This document shows positions 35,623-45,545 of a DNA stretch of 64,000 nucleotides, piece after piece. Position numbers and translations under genes: made by a program. Numbering within the stretch: position 1 is the stretch's first letter; each line of letters begins with the position of its first letter. Below the pieces are notes generated by a model, which was not told the origin of the DNA, did not search any database, and saw nothing but the letters and a program-made list of their open reading frames with translations. The stretch is from Victivallales bacterium (lineage in GTDB: Bacteria > Verrucomicrobiota > Lentisphaeria > Victivallales > G963678815): assembly GCA_963678815.1 (NCBI GenBank), contig OY787460.1, forward strand, positions 6,394,861-6,458,860, given 5' to 3'.

Positions 35623-36726
35623 ATGAATTCAAAAGCGAGGATGAAAGCGGTATTTACCGGTCAACGGCCTGACAAAGTTCCATTTTGCCCGACCATATAT
35701 CTGGATCATGCGGCGCTGGTCAGCGGCAGACAGTTTGAAGATGTGATTGCCAATCCCGCGTTGTACGGGGAAGTGTTGGCTGGGGCCGCCGCAACATATA
35801 AAACCGACGCGGCAAGATTCATCATGGGGCCGGAAGCTTCCTGGTATGAAAAAAAGGAAGTCAGGAAAGAACAGGATAAACTTATCCAGTACGACAGGAT
35901 CTCCGGAAAGGCGGAAGGATATTTTGATATCGAAGGCGGCGGCGGTTTTATTCCCTATAATGAGCCGACCCCGGTCACTTCAAAAAGCGATGTTGACGCC
36001 ATCGAAGTTATCACCTGCGATGAATATCTGGAACGAGGAAATTTCAAGGACACCAAAACCTGGATAGCCAAAGCCGATGAGCAGGAATTTTTCACCGTCG
36101 GGCTGTCCGGCGCGCAAACCCTGAATTTCATGGTTGAAAAAATGGGCTCGACAGAGGCGGCGCTCCTATGCTTTTACGACGATCCCGAGCTTGCCCTTGC
36201 CCTTATCAATAAAGGAACAGCAATCAGTCTCGAGAAAGGCAAAGCTTTCATCAAATGCGGAATCGACTGTCTTTACATCGGGGATTCTTATGCTTCCGGA
36301 AGTGTAATATCTCCCGATATTTACGAACGGTTCTGCGCTCCGGCTTACAAGGAAGCGGCTGAAGAATTTCACCGTCTCGGGGTATTCTGCTACAAACACT
36401 GCTGCGGAAATTACAATCCGCTGTTGCGAAGTCTGCCCGAAACCGGCGTCGACGGCATGGACGGCATCGATCCAACCAGCGGGATGAGCGTAAAGCATAC
36501 CAAGGAACAGATTGGCGATAAAATTACGCTGATGGGCGGAATAAGCTGTCTGACTTTGCTGAATGGCTCCCCCGGGGATGTTTACGAGGAAGCACGGCAA
36601 TGTATCGAAGCCGGGAAACCCGGCGGCGGATACGTGTTGGGCAGCGCTTGCGCGGTACCGAAATTATCGCCGTTTGAAAACCTGCACACAGTATTTCAGG
36701 CAAGGGAAGACTTCGGAGTTTATTGA
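35623..36726 (+). CDS. URO-D/MtaA-like (uroporphyrinogen decarboxylase family) TIM-barrel protein
   Basis: N-terminus ARMKAVFTGQRPDKVPFCP. Core: CLYIGDSYASGSVISPDIYERFCAPAYKEAAEEFHRLGVFCYKHCCGNYNPLL. C-terminus: GGYVLGSACAVPKLSPFENLHTVFQA. All three are family hallmarks. Confidence 0.8.
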   Translation: MNSKARMKAVFTGQRPDKVPFCPTIYLDHAALVSGRQFEDVIANPALYGEVLAGAAATYKTDAARFIMGPEASWYEKKEVRKEQDKLIQYDRISGKAEGYFDIEGGGGFIPYNEPTPVTSKSDVDAIEVITCDEYLERGNFKDTKTWIAKADEQEFFTVGLSGAQTLNFMVEKMGSTEAALLCFYDDPELALALINKGTAISLEKGKAFIKCGIDCLYIGDSYASGSVISPDIYERFCAPAYKEAAEEFHRLGVFCYKHCCGNYNPLLRSLPETGVDGMDGIDPTSGMSVKHTKEQIGDKITLMGGISCLTLLNGSPGDVYEEARQCIEAGKPGGGYVLGSACAVPKLSPFENLHTVFQAREDFGVY

Positions 36727-36730
36727 TAGG

Positions 36731-38206
36731 TTACTGTCCGCTTTGCCGACTTACCTGGCAAGTGTCGGGGCCGAAAATAGCGGTTCCGAGCGCAGTGACC
36801 GTCAATGCGGAAAGAAATGCCGTTGGCGACACCCATAGCACCATAATCTCGAAATAAAATCTTGCTAACCAGGCGATTGCACAGCCGGCAACCATTCCGG
36901 CGATCAGCGAGGCGCGATGTACTTTCCTGTTGGACACCGCAACCAGCATGCACAGAAGTAACGGGCCAAGAAACGCACCCAAAAGCGTCATGGTAATCTG
37001 GAAAATAGAACCAAGCTTGTTGACCAGACCGGCGCTGATAGTGCTGAGCAACCCAATTATTATGCTGCATATTTTTCCGAACCGGACCTGTTGCCGAGGC
37101 GTCAATCCGCCCCAGCAACGCTGTTGGAAATCCAAGGTTATCACCGCCGACAAAGTATTGACGCCGCTGGTAATACTGCTGACCGTGGCGGAAAGCAGCG
37201 CCGCCAGCATCAATCCGGCGATTCCGGCCGGAAGCTGGCTGGCAATGAAATACGGCAGAATTTTATCGGGTTTCACCGGGAGATTCGGATCCGGAACGAA
37301 CATGAACCAGGCGCGGAGCGACAGTCCGATGCCAACCAGTAGCACAATCACGCAAATTACCCCGGACAACGACACCATCATGGAGCGGGAAGTGGCTTTT
37401 ATATTGGCGGTGGTAAGATAACGCTGGAGCGACATCTGGTCAGCCATCCAGGAGGATGAACTGGAAACCAGGAACCCTAATGCCGACCAGAACGTAAAAG
37501 GAATTGTCAGGCTCAACGTAAGTCCGGGCGGTTTCAATAACCCTTCCCTGGCAAGTTTCGGGAACGCTTCGGATAAACCTGCCGGCAGGTTCCAGAGAAT
37601 GTACCCTATCGTGAAAATCACGCCGCCGCCCATGATCAAAAACTGGATTGCATCGGTAATTATCACCCCGCGCACTCCTCCAATTGCCGTGTAAATCGTG
37701 GCGCTTAACCCTATCAGCAACGCCAGCGGCCAGAACCAGCCGGAGCTGAGATCCATAGTTGCCATCACCGCCATCACCGGAGCATAGATCAATGCCGACA
37801 TCCAGCCGATCCGCAACAGCACATACATGCTGGCGGCAACGGTCCGGACCCGCGATCCAAGCCGGTCTTCAATTACTTGATATGGATGCTGGTTACCAGT
37901 CCGGAGGTAACGCTTCAGGAACCAGAAACGCGTGATCAGCCAGGTCCCCGGAAGGCTGATCAGGCAGATCAGCACTTTGACCCCATTCTGCCAGGAAACA
38001 CTTGGATAAGCCAGAAAACTAATGCCGCTGAAAAAAGTTGCGGCGATACTCAATCCCACCAGGATCGAGCCCATCATGTTTCCCATGCCGCCGCGGGTAG
38101 TGAAATAATCGTTGACGTCGTCCTGTTTGCCGCGGCAGGCAATCCCAACCACCACCATTGTGCATAAATAAACGATGATCAGGAGTATATCAATCCAGTA
38201 CAGCAT
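36731..38206 (-). CDS. Sodium:solute symporter family (SSS/SLC5) transporter
   Basis: Polytopic and hydrophobic throughout. N-terminus DYFTTRGGMGNMMGSILVGLSIAATFFSGISFLAYPS is typical of SSS. Its stop lies only 4 bp from the convergent URO-D-like gene stop. Confidence 0.85.
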   Translation of the reverse strand: MLYWIDILLIIVYLCTMVVVGIACRGKQDDVNDYFTTRGGMGNMMGSILVGLSIAATFFSGISFLAYPSVSWQNGVKVLICLISLPGTWLITRFWFLKRYLRTGNQHPYQVIEDRLGSRVRTVAASMYVLLRIGWMSALIYAPVMAVMATMDLSSGWFWPLALLIGLSATIYTAIGGVRGVIITDAIQFLIMGGGVIFTIGYILWNLPAGLSEAFPKLAREGLLKPPGLTLSLTIPFTFWSALGFLVSSSSSWMADQMSLQRYLTTANIKATSRSMMVSLSGVICVIVLLVGIGLSLRAWFMFVPDPNLPVKPDKILPYFIASQLPAGIAGLMLAALLSATVSSITSGVNTLSAVITLDFQQRCWGGLTPRQQVRFGKICSIIIGLLSTISAGLVNKLGSIFQITMTLLGAFLGPLLLCMLVAVSNRKVHRASLIAGMVAGCAIAWLARFYFEIMVLWVSPTAFLSALTVTALGTAIFGPDTCQVSRQSGQ

Positions 38207-38371
38207 ATTACCTTTTTTTAAATTATCTTCCGGATTTATAATAAATATACCAAATGCAGTTCCCCCATCCTATATATAAAAAGGTAAATAATTTGTCTGA
38301 TCAGGTATAGGAGGGAAAAGTATGCGGCTGGCGCTTTATTAAGGCTATATCGCAGGGATAAAAATACCTAT

Positions 38372-38428
38372 TTTTATAAATATTATACCTTTTTGAATAT
38401 ACCAAGTTTCTATCATAATGTGTATAAT
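38372..38428 (+). promoter_or_regulatory. Conserved upstream block, copy 1, ending in a TATAAT -10
   Basis: TTTTATAAATATTATACCTTTTTGAATATACCAAG...TGTGTATAAT is shared with 39412-39478. The -35 position is non-canonical (TACCAA). Confidence 0.4.
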
Positions 38429-38479
38429 TAACTTAGAGGTATCTGAAAATTCTGCCGAATTAATGCATGGAGTGGAAAA

Positions 38480-39193
38480 ATGAGGGCAGACAAACGGGAT
38501 TTCACACTAATCGAGCTATTGGTTGTAATAGCGATAATTGCCATACTGGCGTCAATGCTGATGCCTGCACTTCAAAAAGCCAGGGAACAAGCAAAAAAAT
38601 CTGACTGTGCAAGTAAGCTCAAACAGCTCGGAACCGCTTTCATGCTTTATGCCGATGATGTCGGCGGTTACCTGCCGGTGGCATATATTGACGACACCTG
38701 GACCAGATCATACGGCAACTGGGCGTATCTTTTCCATCGCGACAAATATGTTACGGGTCACGAGATATTCATGTGTGAAAGCGCCGACAACCTGGGTTAT
38801 TACGGCATACACAGAGACGTTACCGGAACCAACCTGGTGGGCTGGGATTATGTCTGTTACGGCTATAACGTGCTTCACCTTGGGAGTAGCCGGTATCTGG
38901 ATTTAGCGAACACCGACTATTATCACAAGACCGCCAAACTTTCCGAATTGCAGAAACCCTCGATAACAATGCTTGCCGTAGACGCCTGGCACGAAGGCGA
39001 CAACCGGACAACCAGTAAAATTTTCGATAATTCCGGCGGTTCAACCCGTGATTATAAACTCCATGCGCGGCATTTAGGCACGTGCAACATCCTCCATGCA
39101 GACGGACACGTTCAGAATTACCCACAGGCTTTTATTGATGCTGAAATCTGGATTAGGAACAATCCGAACATGTATTTTAAACGCCGCGAATAA
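38480..39193 (+). CDS. Prepilin-type N-terminal domain protein, DUF1559 / H-X9-DG family
   Basis: [43 protein letters not shown]; C-terminal [14 protein letters not shown]. Confidence 0.85.
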   Translation: MRADKRDFTLIELLVVIAIIAILASMLMPALQKAREQAKKSDCASKLKQLGTAFMLYADDVGGYLPVAYIDDTWTRSYGNWAYLFHRDKYVTGHEIFMCESADNLGYYGIHRDVTGTNLVGWDYVCYGYNVLHLGSSRYLDLANTDYYHKTAKLSELQKPSITMLAVDAWHEGDNRTTSKIFDNSGGSTRDYKLHARHLGTCNILHADGHVQNYPQAFIDAEIWIRNNPNMYFKRRE

Positions 39194-39211
39194 TCAATTT
39201 CCGCCCTTTTA

Positions 39212-39348
39212 GGGTAGCTCTAATAATAGCATTTTCGGCTCCGGGCAGTTCTCTTTCGTCCTTGCTTTGTCGCGGGAACTCGACATAGCTTGAGGCTATG
39301 CCTCCGATACCGGCTTCTCGTCAGGAAAGTCAATTTTTAGATTTCCCC
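39212..39348. repeat. Intergenic repeat element, copy B
   Basis: Same conserved 5' and 3' blocks as 31635-31753. The variable middle contains the hairpin CATAGC-ttgag-GCTATG. Confidence 0.6.
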
Positions 39349-39411
39349 TTTTATTTATAATTCCACTGCTTCTACCGTGTTGCCTGAACAAACAATGCCA
39401 TCTATACCATA

Positions 39412-39478
39412 TTTTATAAATTATATACCTTTTTAAGTATACAAAAACTATATCATAGTAAGTATAATTATAACAAAT
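39412..39478 (+). promoter_or_regulatory. Conserved upstream block, copy 2, ending in a TATAAT -10
   Basis: TTTTATAAATTATATACCTTTTTAAGTATACAAAAAC...AGTATAAT, with TATAAT at 39473-39478. Confidence 0.4.
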
Positions 39479-39522
39479 GGAACAAATTTTATAACCGCCA
39501 AATAATATAAGGGGTAGTCAGA

Positions 39523-40242
39523 ATGAAAATCTGGAAAAAACACTTCACGTTGATTGAACTGTTAGTTGTAATAGCAATAATTGCAATATTAGCGTCCATG
39601 CTGCTCCCCGCTCTCCGGCAAGCCAGGGAGCAGGCAAAAAAATCCGACTGCGCTAGCAAACTCAAACAGATCGGCACCGGTTTTATGGTGTATACCGATG
39701 ATTTCGGAGGATTCCTCCCGGTCCCAAATCCCGAACTGAAAGCCAACGGGTCCTGGGACGCGTCCAAAGGCAACTGGGCTTATGTAATGGAACGGGACAA
39801 CTATATCAAGGGCAAGAAAATGTTTCTGTGCGAAAACGCGGACAACCTGAATTATTACGGTACGCACCTGAATATAACCGGAACCAATCTTGCCGCTTGG
39901 CAATACATTTGTTACGGTTATAACGTGCTTCATCTGGGGAGCAGCCGCTACCTCGACCTGGCTTCGGGATTTCATGACAGCGCGAAACTATCCCAGCTCC
40001 AGAAGCCCTCGATCACAATCATGGCCGCCGATGCCTGGCATGAAGGGACCAGCCGGACTTCCGACACGCTGTTCGACAACTCAAGCGGTGTAACCCGGGA
40101 CTATAAACTCCATGCGCGGCATATGGGCACGTGCAACATCCTCCATGCCGACGGGCACGTTCAGAATTACCCGCAAGCTTTTATTGATGCTGAAATCTGG
40201 ATACGAAATAACCCGAACATGTATTTCAAGCGGAAAGAGTAA
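39523..40242 (+). CDS. Prepilin-type N-terminal domain protein, DUF1559 / H-X9-DG family (tandem paralog)
   Basis: [43 protein letters not shown]. The last 49 aa are identical to the 38480 paralog at 47 positions. Confidence 0.85.
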   Translation: MKIWKKHFTLIELLVVIAIIAILASMLLPALRQAREQAKKSDCASKLKQIGTGFMVYTDDFGGFLPVPNPELKANGSWDASKGNWAYVMERDNYIKGKKMFLCENADNLNYYGTHLNITGTNLAAWQYICYGYNVLHLGSSRYLDLASGFHDSAKLSQLQKPSITIMAADAWHEGTSRTSDTLFDNSSGVTRDYKLHARHMGTCNILHADGHVQNYPQAFIDAEIWIRNNPNMYFKRKE

Positions 40243-40313
40243 TCCTTCAGACATTTTTATGGGTTCTTTACTTTTACCGAGGATATGGCATTGTTCAGTT
40301 ATGACCAAAAATG

Positions 40314-40342
40314 TTTAATAATTCACACTTATGATTTATAAT
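40314..40342 (+). promoter_or_regulatory. Candidate promoter of the 40373-52180 six-gene operon
   Basis: TTTAAT (40314-40319), 17 nt, TATAAT (40337-40342). AGAGGTG Shine-Dalgarno precedes the ATG at 40373. Confidence 0.4.
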
Positions 40343-40372
40343 AAGATGAACCTGATAAGAAAGAGGTGAAAG

Positions 40373-41905
40373 ATGAAATCAAATTTTCTTAAGTTTGCGT
40401 TGTTATTGGGAGTTGTATACAATTTTAACGTTGTGAATCTGACGGCTGTCGACGCACTGCCCCGGGAACCGGTGGAAATCGGCTCGGCGCCACAATTTTT
40501 TGTCGACGACTACATGGTTTTCAACCGCTGGGCGGTAAGGCCCAAGTATAGCGTGGTCAGGAAGTTTCACCAACCCGTTAAACATCCGAAAAATCCCATG
40601 CTTGAAGACGTCGGATACATCAATGTCATTTATGACGCCGATAAAAATATCTTCCGCTGCTGGTATCAGACCGCCTGCATGGTAAAAGAAACCAAACCAC
40701 GTAAAGCCCGTTATGGAATTGCATATGCCAAATCGAAAGACGGTATCACCTGGACCAAGCCGGAACTCAAACTGGTTGAATGGCAAGGAAGCAAAAAAAA
40801 TAATCTTGTAATGGCGGATTTATCCGGATGCTTTCTGCTGGACATTCCCAAAGAATATCGGCGGGGCTACAAATACCTGATGCTGGTAAATGAAAAAGGT
40901 TTCCACCTGATCGGCAGTCACGACGGTATTAACTGGGATACCGAAAAGGCCGCATATCTCGGTTCACACCTTCGCAGCGACAGCCAGAACAGTATCGTAT
41001 ACGATTCTTTGCGCAAGGAGTTTGTGATGTCCTGCCGTCCGCGCCCGCCGTTCTGGGGCGGCGGCAATCGGATGATCGCGGGCGCTTCCCGGCGCGTTGC
41101 CCGGTTGAGCAATTCAAAATTATGGACCGAATGGCCGGGAACTCCGCAAACCATCTTGATTCCGGATAAAATCGACACGGAAAAACGTTTCAACTTTTTC
41201 TACGGTATGCCCTTAACTTACAAATACGGTATTTACTGGGGATGTTTGTGGCCTTTCAAACTGAACACCGACATTTACACGGAAATGGTTTACAGCCGGA
41301 ACGGAATCAATTATACACGCCTGCCGGGACGCCCCCCGCTGATACCTCTCGGCAAGAACGGCGAATTTGACGACGGCATGACTTTCGCAACAGGCTGGGT
41401 CGAATACAAAGACGAATGGCGCTTTTACTACTGCGGACACGATGGGCCTCATGGCGCTGGAGCAAATAAACGGACGGCCCGAATGGGCATGGCCTCGGTG
41501 AAAAGGGGACGCCTGGTTTCCCTGTACGGCCCTGAAAGCAAAGGCGGAGTTGTCTGCACCCGCATGGTAAAGTGGCCCGGAGGTAAGCTGTTGCTGAATG
41601 TGAAGGCACTGAATGGCGTCGTTAAAGTAAGAATCATCGACCGCAATCGCAAGGACATTCCCGGATTCACTTACAAGGACAGTGTCTCATTCACTGGTGA
41701 TGCTCTCGATCACGAAGTTCGCTGGGAAAAAGCCTCAATTGAATCAATGAAAGGCAAATGTTTTTATATTGAAATTTTTCTGCGGGATGCCGACCTGTTT
41801 TCTTTCCGGGCAACTGGCGGTTCACCTGATACGGTTTCCAAACAACAACAGCCTGGGAAAGAATCGTTCGCGCCGGAATACGATAAATTCAAACGTAAAC
41901 ATTAA
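40373..41905 (+). CDS. Secreted beta-propeller GH-like protein (GH43/GH32-clan-like; family not assigned)
   Basis: Signal peptide MKSNFLKFALLLGVVYNFNVVNLTAVDA. PQFFVDDYMV...KNPML...IFRCWYQ...GIAYAKSKDGITWTKPEL are blade-like motifs common in five-bladed propeller hydrolases. Assigned by eye only. Confidence 0.5.
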   Translation: MKSNFLKFALLLGVVYNFNVVNLTAVDALPREPVEIGSAPQFFVDDYMVFNRWAVRPKYSVVRKFHQPVKHPKNPMLEDVGYINVIYDADKNIFRCWYQTACMVKETKPRKARYGIAYAKSKDGITWTKPELKLVEWQGSKKNNLVMADLSGCFLLDIPKEYRRGYKYLMLVNEKGFHLIGSHDGINWDTEKAAYLGSHLRSDSQNSIVYDSLRKEFVMSCRPRPPFWGGGNRMIAGASRRVARLSNSKLWTEWPGTPQTILIPDKIDTEKRFNFFYGMPLTYKYGIYWGCLWPFKLNTDIYTEMVYSRNGINYTRLPGRPPLIPLGKNGEFDDGMTFATGWVEYKDEWRFYYCGHDGPHGAGANKRTARMGMASVKRGRLVSLYGPESKGGVVCTRMVKWPGGKLLLNVKALNGVVKVRIIDRNRKDIPGFTYKDSVSFTGDALDHEVRWEKASIESMKGKCFYIEIFLRDADLFSFRATGGSPDTVSKQQQPGKESFAPEYDKFKRKH

Positions 41906-41919
41906 AGGATAGGATAATT

Positions 41920-43311
41920 ATGAAATTGACTATTTTTATATGGGGCTGTATGGCGCTTTTTACCGGCCAATTAATATGTAAAGGTGTAACCATAAAGGTT
42001 AAATACATCGAAGACAGCCCAACAAAAGGTATTCAGGAAGCAGCAGACATGCTGCATGCAAAAGGCGGCGGCAAACTGATCATACCCTCAGGGCGTTACG
42101 TCATCAGGCAACCGGTTTTCGTTTACGACAACATGCTGATTAGTGGCGAAGGTTCTAAAACTATAATCCAATCCGATGCGGAATATGAGAGCCCTCTGGC
42201 GCAGGACGCGAAAAAGGGAACGGATTATATTGTCGTGAAAGATCCCGCCAGGTTCCGGGTTAACGACGCCATCTGCGTAACCAGCCGGAAAGCAAAAACC
42301 GGATACTCCGCCGCCTTCGGCGTCATCACGAAAATCAACGGCAATAAAATTTATCTTGAACTATGTAAATACAGCAAATTCAGGAGAGACTATCCGGTCA
42401 GTCTTCAGGCCAGGGCCGTTCACACCCACTGTATATTCCGGACCTTTACCAAGAAATTTCGAAATCACGGAAAAAACGGCGTCGACAACCTGACTATTCG
42501 CGACTTGACCGTACTCGGCAGCGCCAAGCCCCTGAAATATACTAATTGGTTCGCCAACAGCGGACTGTTTCTCGGCGGAACCAACATCACCCTGGAAAAT
42601 CTTGCCATCAGCAATGTTGCCGGAGACGGCATTACTATCGGGGGACACATGAAAGGACGTTACCTGATTCGCGGTAACCGTATCTCCCACACCGGATACC
42701 GGGCTATTCATTTCGGGGACAACGCCCAGGAAATAATTGTCACTAACAACATTATCAACGATACCGGCAATGACGGCATCTATTTTTGCTGGGGATGTCA
42801 ACGTGTGATTGTTTCTAATAACCTGATTACCAAAACAAAACTTTCCGGCATTGGCGGAGTCGGCGGTGGAGGCAATATGGACCGTTATGACATCATTGCC
42901 AGCAACGTTATCCAGGACTGCGGCAAACACGGCATCGAATTCAAACGTCAGAAACTCGACAAGACCCGGTGCGGCAAGTTTATATCGATTAACGCCAATG
43001 TCATTAAGAATACAAAGGAAGCGGGATTATACCTGTACGATGCCGAATGTATTAACTTTACCGGCAACACCATAACCAGATGTGCCGCCGGTGTTGATAT
43101 CCGTAACTGCGCCGGATGCCTGATCGCAAACAATCTTATTGTTGATACCGGTGTTGCCGTAATAATTTCAGCGGAATCCAAGTTCAGAAAACCGGATGAG
43201 TTCACGGAAAATAATTATATTCACGGAAATTCATTTTTGAAGAACAAAAAGAATATTGTGAATTCAGTGAAAGATAAAGAAAATATTATCAAGAATAATT
43301 TAACAAAATAA
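41920..43311 (+). CDS. Secreted right-handed parallel beta-helix repeat protein
   Basis: Signal peptide MKLTIFIWGCMALFTGQLIC. GGGKLIIPSGRYVIRQPVFVYDNMLISGEG, followed by repeated NN-I/L-I..-G..GI coils (for example IVTNNIINDTGNDGIYF, VSNNLITKTKLSGIG, IASNVIQDCGKHGIEF). Confidence 0.75.
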   Translation: MKLTIFIWGCMALFTGQLICKGVTIKVKYIEDSPTKGIQEAADMLHAKGGGKLIIPSGRYVIRQPVFVYDNMLISGEGSKTIIQSDAEYESPLAQDAKKGTDYIVVKDPARFRVNDAICVTSRKAKTGYSAAFGVITKINGNKIYLELCKYSKFRRDYPVSLQARAVHTHCIFRTFTKKFRNHGKNGVDNLTIRDLTVLGSAKPLKYTNWFANSGLFLGGTNITLENLAISNVAGDGITIGGHMKGRYLIRGNRISHTGYRAIHFGDNAQEIIVTNNIINDTGNDGIYFCWGCQRVIVSNNLITKTKLSGIGGVGGGGNMDRYDIIASNVIQDCGKHGIEFKRQKLDKTRCGKFISINANVIKNTKEAGLYLYDAECINFTGNTITRCAAGVDIRNCAGCLIANNLIVDTGVAVIISAESKFRKPDEFTENNYIHGNSFLKNKKNIVNSVKDKENIIKNNLTK

Positions 43312-43323
43312 TTAAGGACAATA

Positions 43324-45537
43324 ATGAAAGCTTATTTTATCTTCACTTCTATTTTTATGATTTTAACAGCTTCAGCAAGTGGACAGAAGGCCGGATTGAA
43401 GAATGGCCGGATTGAAAATATTTTCACCGGGAAAATCCGGCTGACCGCCGAAAAAAACACGTTGCCCGCCGGAGTGGTGGAACTCGAAGATCCTGATGGT
43501 AAAATCACGGTAATCAATTCAACCCGGAAACAGGCAGGCGATTACCATATTGCGGAAAACCTTCAAAATTCCGGGGCACTCTACACCGTCACCCGCAACG
43601 GAAAAAAAGTTCTGCAATTTGAATTGAAAACAAGAGTGGGTAAAGACGCGGCAGGATTCAAATGCTCGATCCCGTTTATTGCCGCAAAATACCGGATAGC
43701 CAAGTTGAAATATCCCTGTTTCGCACTGGCTAAAATCGGCAAAACCGATAACTTGCTTGTCCCGATTTCATACGGGCAGGTTTTTGCCGATCCCCATCAT
43801 AAAAAAGAAGTCCGTTCGGGTAAAGGCAGCGCTAAAGTCAAGGCTGTGTATTACGGACGTTATCCTTCGAAAACCTGCAACCTGCAAATGGTTTATTACT
43901 ATCCTGACAACGGATCGGGAATCCTGTTCATGGTTCCTGATCCCACCCGTTGCGTGAAAGAATTCATCTACGACCGGAACAGTAACAAACAACTCTGTTT
44001 TTCCATGGTCAATTATCCGTCTGACCCGCAACCGGAAAGAGACCGCAAACTCGATTTCCCCTACATCCTGAAAACCGTCGAAATAAACGGCTCCTGGTAT
44101 GATGCCGCTCAGGTTTACCGGAGATGGGCGTTGAAGCAGTCCTGGGCAGGAGAACCCCTGAATAAAAAACCGACAACACCTGAATGGTTCGCAAGCCTTT
44201 CCCAGTTTGTGAGAATTCCGCGTGACCCCGGTGTGGCCAAGAAAGTTAAAAATGAGTATCCGATAAAATGGCGGAAACGAACCGGCGCGTCCGTTGCCGT
44301 CCACTGGTACGGCTGGGATGTGGAGAACTGTCCCGGCAACACCACTTTCATGGCCTGGCGGAAACCATCCCAGGAAACCGTGGAATACATAAAGAAATAC
44401 CATAAACTCGGGATCAAGGTTTTTCCGTTCATCAATGCCCGGGTGGTGGCATTCGTGGACCCGATGTGGGATAAATATAAGGACGCGACCGTGCGTGACC
44501 GCGACAATGATTTCGAAGGTCTGGAATCCTGGAAAAATTATGTTTCCAAAGAAGAATATAAAAAGGGAATTGCCGAAGGCCGGAGAGGGGTGAAACGCAG
44601 AAAAACCCAAAGTCTTTATTATAAATTCGCGGTCGGGTGTTTCGCCACTCCCGAATGGCAAAAACGAGTTGTCAATAACGTTATATCCAGTATCAAGGAT
44701 TATAATTTCGACGGTGTTTACCAGGACCAGATAATTTCATTCGCCATGATCTGTTTCGCGAAAAATCACGGTCATGTACCCGGCTCCCCAGACGCCTGGC
44801 TCAATGGTTTCCGGAAAGCCTACGGGGAAATCCGGAAATGGCTGAAAGAACACAACAAAAAGGCGGCCATCATCAGCGAATACCTGGGAGAATGGAACAT
44901 TCCATGGCTCGACGGCGGCCTTACTATCTCGGGCTACACCTGCGTGGGACATCGCCCGTTGCCTCTATTTCCCGCCGTGTATCACGAGAGGCAGGCCGGA
45001 ATCGGTTGGCCAACGTCCTCAAAAGACCTGAATGACAACCTCCAAAATTATTGTTTTTCCCTGATGATGCCGTTTATTTACGGCAGCAAAATGGGTTGGC
45101 TCTCTTACGGTGTCGACCGACTGTCAAGGAAAAAATATGCTGCGATTACCGACTGCTATGCCCAAGGCGCGCAACTTCGGGACAAGTATCCGCAAATGCT
45201 CGGTTACGGCAAGATGCTGCGTCCGCCGGTTGTCAGCGGCGTGGAAATTCTCAAAGCCCCAACCGAAAATCCCAAGCAAGCCATTTATGCCCATCCTTTC
45301 CCGGCAGTGCTTTCCAGTGTCTTTGCAGCTGAAAACCTTAAGTCCGCGCTGGCGGTAATGTGCAACTGGACTCCACAGGAGCGCAGCGGAAAGATCACGC
45401 TCGATCTTTCAGAACTCAAAGGTGTTTCAAAAATCCGTTTTGTTGACGGCGGTCAGGAAATTAAAGTCAAAGGAAACTCTGTTTCCATTCCGTTTAAAAT
45501 TGCGCCATACAGCGTCAGGGCGCTCCTTATCAACTGA
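43324..45537 (+). CDS. Secreted protein of an uncharacterised GH-like (predicted TIM-barrel) family; paralog of 50027-52180
   Basis: Signal peptide MKAYFIFTSIFMILTASASG. Motifs shared with the paralog: YPSK..LQM.YY...G..FM.PDP, W(Y/F)DAAQVYR(R/K)WA, VH.YGWD, (F/Y).N.RV, D.VYQDQ, GH.PG.P.AW, ISEY. Confidence 0.5.
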   Translation: MKAYFIFTSIFMILTASASGQKAGLKNGRIENIFTGKIRLTAEKNTLPAGVVELEDPDGKITVINSTRKQAGDYHIAENLQNSGALYTVTRNGKKVLQFELKTRVGKDAAGFKCSIPFIAAKYRIAKLKYPCFALAKIGKTDNLLVPISYGQVFADPHHKKEVRSGKGSAKVKAVYYGRYPSKTCNLQMVYYYPDNGSGILFMVPDPTRCVKEFIYDRNSNKQLCFSMVNYPSDPQPERDRKLDFPYILKTVEINGSWYDAAQVYRRWALKQSWAGEPLNKKPTTPEWFASLSQFVRIPRDPGVAKKVKNEYPIKWRKRTGASVAVHWYGWDVENCPGNTTFMAWRKPSQETVEYIKKYHKLGIKVFPFINARVVAFVDPMWDKYKDATVRDRDNDFEGLESWKNYVSKEEYKKGIAEGRRGVKRRKTQSLYYKFAVGCFATPEWQKRVVNNVISSIKDYNFDGVYQDQIISFAMICFAKNHGHVPGSPDAWLNGFRKAYGEIRKWLKEHNKKAAIISEYLGEWNIPWLDGGLTISGYTCVGHRPLPLFPAVYHERQAGIGWPTSSKDLNDNLQNYCFSLMMPFIYGSKMGWLSYGVDRLSRKKYAAITDCYAQGAQLRDKYPQMLGYGKMLRPPVVSGVEILKAPTENPKQAIYAHPFPAVLSSVFAAENLKSALAVMCNWTPQERSGKITLDLSELKGVSKIRFVDGGQEIKVKGNSVSIPFKIAPYSVRALLIN

Positions 45538-45545
45538 AGGAAATT

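Noticed and set aside
43768-44661. Long antisense ORFs from the track (for example 43768-44661, 59818-60558, 5057-5770, 28927-29649, 16531-17169, 45453-46079, 46930-47571, 30127-30711, 54537-55103)
   Set aside because: Each is fully embedded opposite a gene with clear family motifs (sulfatase, GH, AraC, MttB-like and so on). Each is rich in Arg/Pro/Gly/Ser as expected for antisense frames and lacks ribosome-binding sites and recognisable domains.
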